Translations under genes and position numbers: made by a program
Notes under the pieces: generated by a model
What the model was told of the DNA's origin: nothing
Databases searched by the model: none
Seen by the model: only the letters and a program-made list of their open reading frames with translations
Shown: piece by piece, positions 1 through 9,258 of the stretch
Layout: each line of letters starts with the position of its first letter
How positions within the stretch are numbered: the first letter of the stretch is position 1
From: Candidatus Latescibacterota bacterium
Lineage (GTDB): Bacteria > Latescibacterota > UBA2968 > UBA8231
Assembly (NCBI GenBank): GCA_965197905.1
Contig: CBDAOB010000003.1
Span: 800,001 to 864,000 of the forward strand
Direction: 5' to 3'
DNA: 64,000 bases

Positions 1-904
1 GCCAGTCGCTGTAGACCGGAACGGCGCCGGTGCCGATGGCTCCTACCAACAGATCCAGATAGCTGCGACGAGCCGAACCGACCCAGGAGCCACGACCCCC
101 GGAGAGAGGTCCCTCGACAATAAAACCAACCCCTGACATGCTCATGTTGAGCTCGGCATCGAACTCCTCGCGATTTCCGTCGCGCATGCGGATCTCCAAG
201 ACCGAAGATAGCCGGTCGCCAAACTGGGCTCCGAATCCGCCGGCAGAAAACGTGGCGTCTTCGATCAAGTCGACGTTCAACAGACCTATGGGGCCTCCGG
301 AGGCTCCCTGGGTTGGAAAGTGGTTGATGTTCGGTATTTCGATGTTGTCCACCAGAGTCAGGTTCTCGGTCGGACTCCCGCCGCGCACCACCAGATCGTT
401 CCGCTGATCGTTGTTCATGTTGATGCTGGGCAGGGCTTGCACCAGGCGGGAGATATCTTGGGCAGATCCCGGCGAGCGGCGAATCTCCTCGAAATTGAAA
501 TTCACCGCACTCACCTCGTCGGTCAGCTCCTCCGAGAAATAGCCCGCGGTAACGACCGTCTCCGCCAGTCCGAGCGCCCGTTCCTGCAGGCGGACCTCGA
601 TGGCGGTAATGCGGTTTGAGCGCACCACAAGATCAGAGCGAATCTGCGCTTCGTAACCAATCATGGAGGCGCGCAGTTTGTAACTGCCCACGGGCAGACC
701 GCTGAGAACGAATCGACCATCGTCGCCGGCAATCGAACCCGCCGTCGTGTCTACGAGAACGATGTTGGCGCCGGGCAGCGGCTGTCGCGTTTCGCCGTCG
801 ATAACGATGCCTCGAATCGATCCGGTAAAGACCGTCTCTCCCGTCGCCAGCGCGTTAAAGACAAAAACACCAGTTGTGATAAGAAGCAGAAGTTGTTTAC
901 GCAT
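1..904 (-). CDS. TonB-dependent receptor, N-terminal part (signal peptide, carboxypeptidase-regulatory-like domain, plug); runs off the window start
   Basis: Not in the ORF track; manual translation from ATG at 904 (AAGGAG RBS upstream): MRKQLLLLITTG...GSIRGIVIDGETRQPLPGANIV...RNDLVVRGGSPTENLTLVDNIEIPNINHF...FSAGGFGAQFGDRLSSVLEI, a typical TBDR plug. Confidence 0.9.
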   Translation of the reverse strand, partial: MRKQLLLLITTGVFVFNALATGETVFTGSIRGIVIDGETRQPLPGANIVLVDTTAGSIAGDDGRFVLSGLPVGSYKLRASMIGYEAQIRSDLVVRSNRITAIEVRLQERALGLAETVVTAGYFSEELTDEVSAVNFNFEEIRRSPGSAQDISRLVQALPSINMNNDQRNDLVVRGGSPTENLTLVDNIEIPNINHFPTQGASGGPIGLLNVDLIEDATFSAGGFGAQFGDRLSSVLEIRMRDGNREEFDAELNMSMSGVGFIVEGPLSGGRGSWVGSARRSYLDLLVGAIGTGAVPVYSDW

Positions 905-910
905 GTTAAC
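895..910. promoter_or_regulatory. Candidate TetR operator GTTTAC-N4-GTTAAC overlapping the TBDR start codon
   Basis: Near-palindrome GTTTACGCATGTTAAC; matches the reverse complement of the site at 1556-1571 in both 6-bp arms. Confidence 0.6.
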
Positions 911-955
911 CTCCTTGGCGCAGTTCGATACAGGGGCGATTTGATAGACCGCCGA

Positions 956-1555
956 TTAGTTTGCCGAGTTCAATGAGCTGGGGTCAGCGAGTCCGCGACA
1001 GAAGCGCTGGCACGAACGGTTGTACAGGTCCCTGAAGGTATCGGTGTCGTCGCCGAATTTTCCGGTAAAATAAAGCGTCACCAGGCCATGGGAATGGGCC
1101 CACGTGGTAAGCGCTACCTCGGTCGGATCGTCCCGCCGCAACAGTCCGGCTTGCATGCATTCCGCTATGCGATCCACCAGGAACTGAAAGGTCGCCGAGC
1201 GCCGCGCCTCGAGATCGGTGCAGTCGCCGATGTCATGTCGCGCCGAAGACATAAAAAGGGTTTCGTAGTACCGCGGATGCTCGAGGGCAAAACGCAGATA
1301 CTCTTGACCCGACTGTTGAAATCGCTCCCAGGGGGTGTCGGCGGCGAGGGAACGGTTCAGGTAACTGGCGAAGACATCGAGGCCCTGCTCGATCACCTGC
1401 GTGAGGATCTCCTCTTTGTTCGCGAAGTGTCGGTAGAGGGCAGTGGCCGTGACGCCGATGCGCCCGGCGAGGGTTCGCATGGTGAGGGCATCGATCCCAC
1501 CTTCCAGATAGACCTCTCGGGCAGCGGTGAGAATGTCGGCGCGGGAAGTATTCAT
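956..1555 (-). CDS. TetR/AcrR family transcriptional regulator (WHG-like C-terminal domain)
   Basis: MNTSRADILTAAREV...GIDALTMRTLAGRIGVTATALYRHFANKEEIL HTH; C-terminal WAHSHGLVTL. Start placed at ATG 1555. Confidence 0.93.
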   Translation of the reverse strand: MNTSRADILTAAREVYLEGGIDALTMRTLAGRIGVTATALYRHFANKEEILTQVIEQGLDVFASYLNRSLAADTPWERFQQSGQEYLRFALEHPRYYETLFMSSARHDIGDCTDLEARRSATFQFLVDRIAECMQAGLLRRDDPTEVALTTWAHSHGLVTLYFTGKFGDDTDTFRDLYNRSCQRFCRGLADPSSLNSAN

Positions 1556-1571
1556 GTTAACAAGTGTAAAC
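1556..1571. promoter_or_regulatory. Candidate TetR autoregulatory operator GTTAAC-N4-GTAAAC
   Basis: GTTAACAAGTGTAAAC abuts the tetR ATG; AT-rich near-palindrome in a GC-rich context. Confidence 0.65.
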
Positions 1572-1754
1572 AAATAGGTCGAAATCGCAAATGGGGTGCC
1601 CAAATAGGACCGGGTGGAGCAGTGACTCGCTAACGACCGGGCGTCGCGGAACAATTGCGGCCGGAGCGCGGTTCCTGGACCCCCACCAGCAGCATCATAG
1701 CTTCTCGGGGCATGTCTTTGGCAGACTGGGCATTTTCCACCCAAGGAGGAATTC

Positions 1755-2540
1755 ATGACTACAATGGCAGGATACAAACCCGGAACATTCTGTTGGGTAG
1801 ATTTGGCCACCACCGACGCAGATGGCGCAAAGGCGTTCTATGGCACGCTTTTCGGTTGGGAGGTGGTCGACATCCCAATTGGGGACGAGGATTTCTACTC
1901 GATGCTGAAACAGAACGACAGGAAGGTCTGCGCCCTCTACAAAATGCGTCCAGAGATGATGGAGCACGGGGTTCCGCCGCACTGGGATAGTTATGTTTCC
2001 GTAGAGAGTGCGGACGATGCCGCGTCCAAGGTGGCCGACCTCGGCGGCTCCGTCGTCATGGAACCGTTCGATGTTATGGAAGACGGTCGTATGGCCGTGA
2101 TTCAAGATCCGGCAGGCGCTACCTTCTCCGTTTGGCAACCCAAGGAGAGCTTCGGCGCAGAGCTCGTCAACGAGCCGAATAGTCTCTGCTGGAACGAGCT
2201 TTTCACGAACGACCTAAATGCAGGCTCAGCCTTTTATACCGGCGTCTTCGGGTGGTCGCCGGAAACGATGGAAATGCCAACCGGCGACTACGTCATTTTC
2301 AAGAATAGCGACCAAAACAATGCCGGAATGATGGCCATTCAGGAGGAATGGGGCGATGTGCCACCCCACTGGAGTGTCTATTTCGCGGTAGAGGATTGCG
2401 ACGCCACCATCGAGCAGGCACAAAAGCTAGGAGCAGATGTAATCTCTGGGCCGACAGAGATGGGCGTGGGCAAGTTCGCGACTCTTCAGGATCCCCCGGG
2501 CGCTCACTTTTCAGTCATTCAACTGGCTGATCCGGATTGA
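1755..2540 (+). CDS. VOC/glyoxalase family protein (two-domain)
   Basis: PGTFCWVDLATTDADGAKAFYGTLFGW and repeated WNELFT...AFYTGVFGW, PPHWxxYxxV; AAGGAGG RBS. Confidence 0.9.
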   Translation: MTTMAGYKPGTFCWVDLATTDADGAKAFYGTLFGWEVVDIPIGDEDFYSMLKQNDRKVCALYKMRPEMMEHGVPPHWDSYVSVESADDAASKVADLGGSVVMEPFDVMEDGRMAVIQDPAGATFSVWQPKESFGAELVNEPNSLCWNELFTNDLNAGSAFYTGVFGWSPETMEMPTGDYVIFKNSDQNNAGMMAIQEEWGDVPPHWSVYFAVEDCDATIEQAQKLGADVISGPTEMGVGKFATLQDPPGAHFSVIQLADPD

Positions 2541-2546
2541 AACCTA

Positions 2547-3209
2547 ATGAGCAGCCGAAACAACTACATCCCCGAGACCGTGTACGACTACATCCTGGAA
2601 AACACGTTACGGGACAACCCGCGATACCAGGCTCTCCGGGACGAGACCCGAGATCTTCCGGATGCCGTCATGCAGATCTCGCCTGACCAGGGCCAGCTCA
2701 TGGCTTTGCTGATCAAGCTGATCGGTGCGAAAGCGGCCATCGAGGTGGGCACCTACACGGGATACAGCTCCATGGTGGTTGCCGCAGCCCTACCCGCGGA
2801 CGGCAGGTTGGTTGCATGCGATATCGATCCGAAGATGCCCGCCATAGGTCGGCGCCACTGGGAGCGCAGCGGTTTGGCCGACAAGATCGATCTCCGCATC
2901 GGTCCGGCATCCGAAACCCTCGACGCCATGATTGCCGCGGGCGAAGCAGGTAGCTACGACTTCGCTTTCATCGATGCAGATAAGGACAGTTACGGCCAAT
3001 ATTACGAGCAATGCCTGGAGCTTGTCCGCCAGCGAGGTTTGATTCTGATCGACAATGTACTGTGGGGTGGGCGGACGGCGGATCCCGCAAACAATGATGA
3101 ATCGACGGTTGCGATTCGAACCTTGACGAAACAGATGCAGGCAGATGAACGGGTGGACTTTTCGCTTATTCCGGTGGGGGACGGCCTGTCCTTGGCGGTC
3201 AAGCGCTGA
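2547..3209 (+). CDS. Class I SAM-dependent O-methyltransferase (caffeoyl-CoA OMT-like)
   Basis: MQISPDQGQLM, EVGTYTGYS, FDFAFIDADK-like motif, DNVLWGG, PVGDGL. Confidence 0.93.
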   Translation: MSSRNNYIPETVYDYILENTLRDNPRYQALRDETRDLPDAVMQISPDQGQLMALLIKLIGAKAAIEVGTYTGYSSMVVAAALPADGRLVACDIDPKMPAIGRRHWERSGLADKIDLRIGPASETLDAMIAAGEAGSYDFAFIDADKDSYGQYYEQCLELVRQRGLILIDNVLWGGRTADPANNDESTVAIRTLTKQMQADERVDFSLIPVGDGLSLAVKR

Positions 3210-3228
3210 TCACTGCGTTAGACGATCG

Positions 3229-4383
3229 TTAGGCACGGTTCGCTCCATCAATGCCCAACAAACGGGCGCAGGTACCGCCCATCATGAGTCCAATCTCTTC
3301 GTTGCTCAGCCCAGTTGCCTTGGCGCACGGTAACTCGAGCCACTTGCGGGACTGCCGATAGGTACAAAATCGATTTTGAAAAGGCATATCGGTGCCCCAT
3401 AAGAGATGCCCGGCCCCGATGTGCTCCACCATCGCTCCGAGAGCGGGCCAGACCTCGCGGTACGGATAGTCGAATAGGTCTCCGATCCGCACGGGAAAAC
3501 AGACTTCCAGATTGCAATTCTCCCCCCGGAACGGCTCCCATAACTCGTCGGGAAGTTCGAAGTTTCCGTTGTCGTCGAGAAAGGTGCGCCACGGAAAACC
3601 GTGGGTCAGGCTGCAGACAACATCTGGATAACGCTCCATCCAGCGCATGAGGATGGTCTGCTCGTCTAGATAGCCGCGACGCTGCTCCGCTTTGCTTCGC
3701 TCGTGCCTGCCGAAATCGTCCGGACCGGTGCCCAGAGTGAAGAAGACGGGCACGCCAAGCTGGACCACTGCCTCCCAGAATCGCCGGTAAGGTCCGTCGT
3801 CCCATGGTTCGCCGCTGGTCAAATAGCAGAGAGGCGGGATGAATTTGATGGCGTGCAGGTGGTGCTCCTCGATGGCCCGAACCGTTTCTGTGATTACCTC
3901 ATCCGTTTCCCCGATGATACGCCACTCATCCACTGGAGCCATTGAGTAAAACCGGCCTGGGAACGCCTGCACGATTTCGCCCAGGAAGGAACTGTCGCGG
4001 ACCAGCATGGGGTCGGTGTGCATCAGTGCGGCATCGATGCCGGCGTAGTGCATCTCTCAATCGAGGCTGTGCGGCGTCGACTCGCAGTTCGTCTGGTTTG
4101 GCGGCAGGAAGTATTTGGTATACTCTCGCCCTTCCCAACTCCATGCCACACGACCTCTCTCTTTGTCGAGACCAAAATCCACATCGGGCAACTTGTGGGC
4201 TTGGAAGGACCCATCGGGGTCAAGAATCTCAGATGGTCCATCAGCGCCGTCCGGAATGCGCATGGTGGGCTGATGATGGGAGGCGTGGCACATCTGCGCC
4301 CACTTGAGGTGTTCCTCGGGCGACGAGTAGCCGCGCGCACTGTCCAGCGCCTCGAAACAGTATAGATGGGAGTCGATAATCAT
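3229..4383 (-). pseudogene. Amidohydrolase_2-family metallohydrolase interrupted by one in-frame TGA (4057-4059)
   Basis: MIIDSHLY...TPHSLD*EMHYAGID...THGFPW...LLWGTDMPFQNRFCTYRQS; the two ORF-track pieces are in the same frame. Confidence 0.75.
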
Positions 4384-4554
4384 GACTAGGCTGGGCTTGG
4401 ACGCATCACAATTCCGAGGCAGTTGTAGGCCGTTTGATGTCATATCCGCCGGCCTCTAAATTGCAGTGCGCGCTGTACGAGCTGACCCACACAGCGATCA
4501 TTCCAAAAAGTTCATCAAGCTAAGAAGGATTGGCCGGTCTATCCACCTGCGACC

Positions 4555-6333
4555 ATGACGTGGCAGACAAACCCCTTCAGCATTCCCTTGTTCGTGGCGG
4601 CAGCCATATGCGCTGCGTTGATGCCGTACATATGGCCACGCCGATCTCGCCCGGGCGCAATGCCGCTTGTAGCGCTGCTCGCAGCGGTAGGCATTTGGTC
4701 TCTGGGCAATGCTCTGGAAATGATAACGATCGAGATGGGAGCGAAGGTTCTGTGGGTGCGCGCCAGCTACGTGGGCATCGTGCTTGTGCCGGCGACCTGG
4801 CTGCTGTTTGCGCTCCAGTACGCCGGAGTCGGCGGCTGGTTGCGGCGCCGAGCGTGGCTCTTGGCGGCGGAACCGCTGCTCGTCACCCTCCTTGTGTGGA
4901 CCAACGAGTTCCACCACCTCCACTGGAAGTCGATCTATCTCAGCAGCGAATACTCCTTTTGGTTCATGGAAGTGAGCTTTGGACCGGCATTCTGGGCGCA
5001 TGCCATCTACTCCAATCTGCTTCTCGTCAGCGGAACAGTCTTGCTTCTCCGCAGGCTGTTCAGCGAATCCCAGACCTATCGCACCCAACTGGCGACCGTG
5101 CTCGTCGGCCTTGCGTTTCCGTGGGTCGGCAACCTCATCTATATCCTGGGTCTTAACCCGTATCCGTTTATCGATCCGACTCCTTTCGCCTTCACAATCA
5201 CCGGATTGGCAATAACCTGGGGGCTCTACCGCTTTCAGCTTTTCGAGCTCTTGCCGTTGGCCCGGGCCGCCATCGTTGAAGAAATGGACGACGGTCTTCT
5301 CGTGCTCGACGACAGGGGGCGCATCGCAGACCTAAATCCCGCGGCCAAACGCCTCTTGGGGCCGTCCGTATCGGGCTTGCTCCGGCGTCCACTCGCGGAG
5401 GCGCTGCCTGCGCTGGCGCGAGTCCTGCCCGTAAAATACCTGGAAGCCTCGTCGGTGGTGGAGTTCACGGATGCCGATTCTCTCCGCAGTTACGCGGTGC
5501 GGATCTCGCCTGTGCGCGTAGAACCGGATCGGCTCGGTGGATGCCTGGTGATGCTCTTGGATATCACTGAGCAGAAAGCTCGGGAGGCAGAACTGGAGCG
5601 GTTGAAGGAGGCAGCCGAGGCAGCAAACCGTGCCAAGAGTGAATTCTTGGCCAGCATGAGCCATGAGCTGCGAACGCCGCTAAACGCCATAATTGGCTAT
5701 AGCGAGCTTCTGCAGGAGATGGCCAAAGAGCAAGACCGAGGCAGCGAGGATTCCGACGATCTCGCCAAGATTGCCAGCTCCGGCAAACATCTACTGACAC
5801 TGGTCGACGACATCCTCGACCTGTCCCGAATTGAGGCGGATCGTCTTCAGCTGCACCCGGTGAAATTTACCCTGTGCGATTTGCTCGCCGACGTTGCCAA
5901 TGCCGTTGCTCCTCAGGTCGAACGAAGTGGCAACCAATTCACCGTGTACGCCGACGACGCGCCTGAATCTCTGGTTACGGACCCCGTCCGTTTGCGCCAG
6001 TGCCTGCTCAATCTACTGTCCAACGCGCTCAAGTTCACCAGAGATGGTCGCGTCGAGTTAACCGTCGATAGGTCAGCGCGCGACGACACCGACCTTGCGG
6101 TCTTTTGCGTGCGCGACACGGGTATTGGCATGAGCCAAGATCAGCTGAAGTGCATCTTCAAGCCTTTTGTGCAGGCCGACTCGTCAACGACGCGTCGCTA
6201 TGGTGGTACGGGTCTAGGTTTGGCGATTACTCGTCGCCTCGCGAACATGATGGAAGGTGATGTCTCCGTTGAGAGCGTTCTCGGCGAAGGTTCGAGCTTC
6301 ACCATCTGGCTGCCGTTGGCGAAATCTTCCTGA
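4555..6333 (+). CDS. Sensor histidine kinase with N-terminal 7TM (HisKA_7TM) region, PAS-like domain, HisKA and HATPase
   Basis: Hydrophobic N-terminus; FLASMSHELRTPLNAIIG; NLLSNALKFT; DTGIG; GGTGLGLAI. Confidence 0.93.
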   Translation: MTWQTNPFSIPLFVAAAICAALMPYIWPRRSRPGAMPLVALLAAVGIWSLGNALEMITIEMGAKVLWVRASYVGIVLVPATWLLFALQYAGVGGWLRRRAWLLAAEPLLVTLLVWTNEFHHLHWKSIYLSSEYSFWFMEVSFGPAFWAHAIYSNLLLVSGTVLLLRRLFSESQTYRTQLATVLVGLAFPWVGNLIYILGLNPYPFIDPTPFAFTITGLAITWGLYRFQLFELLPLARAAIVEEMDDGLLVLDDRGRIADLNPAAKRLLGPSVSGLLRRPLAEALPALARVLPVKYLEASSVVEFTDADSLRSYAVRISPVRVEPDRLGGCLVMLLDITEQKAREAELERLKEAAEAANRAKSEFLASMSHELRTPLNAIIGYSELLQEMAKEQDRGSEDSDDLAKIASSGKHLLTLVDDILDLSRIEADRLQLHPVKFTLCDLLADVANAVAPQVERSGNQFTVYADDAPESLVTDPVRLRQCLLNLLSNALKFTRDGRVELTVDRSARDDTDLAVFCVRDTGIGMSQDQLKCIFKPFVQADSSTTRRYGGTGLGLAITRRLANMMEGDVSVESVLGEGSSFTIWLPLAKSS

Positions 6334-6364
6334 GTGCCCTTTAAATACCTACGAAGTGCTCATC

Positions 6365-6394
6365 CTTGACGATCCACCAAAAAAGAAGCTTAAT
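6365..6394 (+). promoter_or_regulatory. Possible sigma70-type promoter of the PQQ locus
   Basis: TTGACG followed 17 nt later by CTTAAT; the same CTTGACGAT-N11-GAAGCT pattern occurs at 27254-27279. Confidence 0.35.
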
Positions 6395-6465
6395 CCCACC
6401 CACGAACCGGCGCGCCTAGGCCGCTGATCAAGTAGGAAAATCCTCAAAACCCTGCGGAGGATTAC

Positions 6466-8151
6466 ATGAGATCTACAGTTGTGGCAGTTGCGATTTGGAC
6501 GGTTTCATTTCTGGTACTAGTTGGTGAAGCCTTGGCCGCCGAAGTGGACACCAAACGCCTCATCGAGGCTCGGAGCGAGCCGCAGAACTGGCTCACCTAT
6601 GGCGGAACTTACGACGCCTGGCGTTACAGCCCCCTGGACCAGATCGATCGCAAGAACGTGAAGGACCTGGTGCCGGCGTGGATTTTCCAGACCGGTAAGG
6701 ATGACGGCGGGTTCTCCTGTACGCCATTGGTGGTGGACGGCGTCATGTACATCACCACTCCGTGGAACCGGGTGTTTGCCATAGATGCAGTTAGCGGCAA
6801 GGAGATTTGGCATTACTACCATCCGGAACCGACAGATTTTGGTTTGCTCTATGGGCCCTGGAACAGGGGTGTCGCCATCGGGGACGGCCTGGTGTTCATG
6901 GGGACGATCGACAACCACTTGGTCGGGTTGGACCGGGAAACTGGAGAGGTTGTCTGGGACGTGAACATCGAGGACTGGGAGCAGTGCGGCTGCAATATCA
7001 CCGGTGCTCCGATGGTCGTGAAGAACAAGGTGATCGTCGGGGTGACCGGGGGCGATTCCGCCCATCGCGGCTACTTGAATGCGTTTGATACGAAAACCGG
7101 CAAACACGAATGGCGTTTTTGGACCATTCCGGGGCCCGGTGAGGAAGGGAACGAAACCTGGAAGGGGGACAGTTGGAAATTTGGTGGCGGCGCCACTTGG
7201 CTGACCGGATCCTACGACGCCGAGCTCGATCTGTTGTACTGGGGCATCGGCAACCCGGCGGCCGATTTCTACGGCGAGGATCGCCGCGGCGACAACCTCT
7301 ATACCGACTGCATGGTGGCGCTGAATCCGGACGACGGCAAACTCGTCTGGCATTATCAGGAGATTCCCTTCGACGTCTGGGATTGGGATGCTACCTACGA
7401 GCAGATTCTGCTGGATGCAAAGGTGGACGGCAAAAAGCGGAAGCTGCTGATCAATCCGAACAAGGGCGGTTTCACCTGGGTTTTGGATCGCACCAACGGC
7501 GAGTTCATCGGCACCTGGCGGTTGGCGGAGAACATCAACTGGATCAGTGGCATCGACGACGAAGGCAACCTGCTCGACCGCCTGGAACCTGCGGTCAACG
7601 AACCTACGCTGGTTTGTCCTGCCATCGGCGGGGGACGCAGCTGGAACCATGCTGCCTACAGTCCAAAGACGGGTCTGCTTTACACCGTAGGTATAGAGTG
7701 GTGCCAGGAACTGATCGTGCAAAAAGAAGACCCGGTGCCCGGCGCCACCTTCTTGGGCGGGCTATTCGAGCTGCGAGGAACACCCATCGGCGACCCTGGC
7801 AGTCATTTCGACGCCTACGACCCGGTGACCGGCGAAAAGAAGTGGAGTTACTGGTCGAAGTATCCGCTACTGGCGTCGTCTCTGGCAACCGGAGGCAACC
7901 TGGTGTTCACCGGGGACCCGGAAGGCGATTTCATGGCGTTCGACGCGGAGACCGGCGAGAAGCTGTGGAAGTTCAACACCGGGTCGGGCCACCGGGGGTC
8001 GCCGATCAGCTACGCCGTGGATGGCACCCAGTACATCGCCGTCCCCTCCGGGTGGGGATCGGCGCTGGCCGGTCTGATTCCCCAATTGTGGCCCGAAGCC
8101 GAGGATTTCCCGGGGGGTGGGGCGCTGGTGGTGTTCGCGCTCAAGCGATAA
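6466..8151 (+). CDS. Periplasmic PQQ-dependent dehydrogenase (alcohol/methanol DH superfamily)
   Basis: Signal peptide; NWLTYGG...RYSPLDQI; TPLVVDGVMY; NRGVAIGDG; WGIGNPA; WDWDA; Trp-docking repeats; GGAGG RBS. Confidence 0.93.
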   Translation: MRSTVVAVAIWTVSFLVLVGEALAAEVDTKRLIEARSEPQNWLTYGGTYDAWRYSPLDQIDRKNVKDLVPAWIFQTGKDDGGFSCTPLVVDGVMYITTPWNRVFAIDAVSGKEIWHYYHPEPTDFGLLYGPWNRGVAIGDGLVFMGTIDNHLVGLDRETGEVVWDVNIEDWEQCGCNITGAPMVVKNKVIVGVTGGDSAHRGYLNAFDTKTGKHEWRFWTIPGPGEEGNETWKGDSWKFGGGATWLTGSYDAELDLLYWGIGNPAADFYGEDRRGDNLYTDCMVALNPDDGKLVWHYQEIPFDVWDWDATYEQILLDAKVDGKKRKLLINPNKGGFTWVLDRTNGEFIGTWRLAENINWISGIDDEGNLLDRLEPAVNEPTLVCPAIGGGRSWNHAAYSPKTGLLYTVGIEWCQELIVQKEDPVPGATFLGGLFELRGTPIGDPGSHFDAYDPVTGEKKWSYWSKYPLLASSLATGGNLVFTGDPEGDFMAFDAETGEKLWKFNTGSGHRGSPISYAVDGTQYIAVPSGWGSALAGLIPQLWPEAEDFPGGGALVVFALKR

Positions 8152-8248
8152 CGGAACAGAGTGACGACAAGCGGAATCCGAGCGCTAACCGCCATAGGCC
8201 GGTGGTAGCGAGTTGTCCGAGCTTCTCGACAGTGCAAGCGGTCGAGTC

Positions 8249-9241
8249 ATGCTGCGCTCGATTCGTCCATGCCTGGTGCTGGCAGTGGTTATTGCCGCAT
8301 CGACGGCCTCCCACGACCAGGTTTCGCCCACCATCGATCTGACCGAGCCCGCCGTCATCGACTCCGGAGGGGCTACCTTCGCCAGGTCTTGTTCGGTCGG
8401 TTATTGCCACGGTAAGGACGGCCGTGCCGGCAGAGGGCCGCGCTTTAGAGGTCGAAAACTGGATCGCGAATACATGTTCCGTTCGATCGCCGAAGGCGTT
8501 CCGGGCTCTTCAATGGCGAGCTGGAAGCCAGCTCTCAATGACGCGCAGATCTGGGCGATTATCGCCTACATTGAATCCCTGTCCGAACTGGACCCGGGTG
8601 TGCCGTCTCTTTCCGGCGAAGAGGGTGAATCAAGGCATGAGTTCGCGCGCTGGCTTCCGGCGCTTTTTGCATCCGTTCCGCAACAAGAACAGAAGCGAGG
8701 GACCATCGCCGACCGTCCCACCTCCATCGCTGCTTTGAAACGCGAGCTTGGATGGGAGTTTCGCGCCGACCTGGTGGGGAATCCTCAAGAGGGCGAGAAC
8801 CTCTTTTTCCAGCTCAGCGAGACACCCACCTGCGCTGCCTGTCACAAGCTCAACGGAAAAGGGGGAGAGATAGGTCCTGACCTCAGTCTCAGCTCCAGCA
8901 AACCAGCCCGAGAGCTCTTCAAAAACATCGTCCTGCCCGATGCCGAAGTAGCTCCCTCCGGTCAGTTGTTCGAGATGACCACGACGTCCAAGGAACGCCT
9001 CCGGGTAGTCCTCTCCGGCGAGAGTGCCTCGCGCATCAAGGTGTACGAAGTCAGCGGAATGCCCGTGTTTCGCTCGATCAAGAAGAGTGAGGTCATAGCG
9101 CTCGCACCGGGAGGAAGGTCAGCCATGCCCGTCTCCTATAGCAAGGTGTACAGCCTCGAAGAGTTGCTCGATATCGTTGCTTTCCTGAAGAGCAGCTCCG
9201 CCGACTCGACGGTGTCGGTTTCGCTAGCCGATCTACTTTGA
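8249..9241 (+). CDS. Cytochrome c, probably di-haem (CSVGYCH and CAACH motifs)
   Basis: Signal-like N-terminus; CX4CH then GVPGSSM; second CAACH...GGEIGPDLS...SAMP...ELLDIVAFL haem-binding domain. Confidence 0.8.
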   Translation: MLRSIRPCLVLAVVIAASTASHDQVSPTIDLTEPAVIDSGGATFARSCSVGYCHGKDGRAGRGPRFRGRKLDREYMFRSIAEGVPGSSMASWKPALNDAQIWAIIAYIESLSELDPGVPSLSGEEGESRHEFARWLPALFASVPQQEQKRGTIADRPTSIAALKRELGWEFRADLVGNPQEGENLFFQLSETPTCAACHKLNGKGGEIGPDLSLSSSKPARELFKNIVLPDAEVAPSGQLFEMTTTSKERLRVVLSGESASRIKVYEVSGMPVFRSIKKSEVIALAPGGRSAMPVSYSKVYSLEELLDIVAFLKSSSADSTVSVSLADLL

Positions 9242-9258
9242 TCCGCGCGTGCAAAGCG

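Noticed and set aside
4057..4059. Genome-wide TGA reassignment (genetic code 4 or 25)
   Set aside because: TGA terminates many complete genes here (2540, 3209, 6333, 11322, 13494).
8165..8246. Possible structured RNA between the PQQ dehydrogenase and cytochrome genes
   Set aside because: Only short 5-6 bp stems, compatible with chance in GC-rich sequence; no recognisable family.
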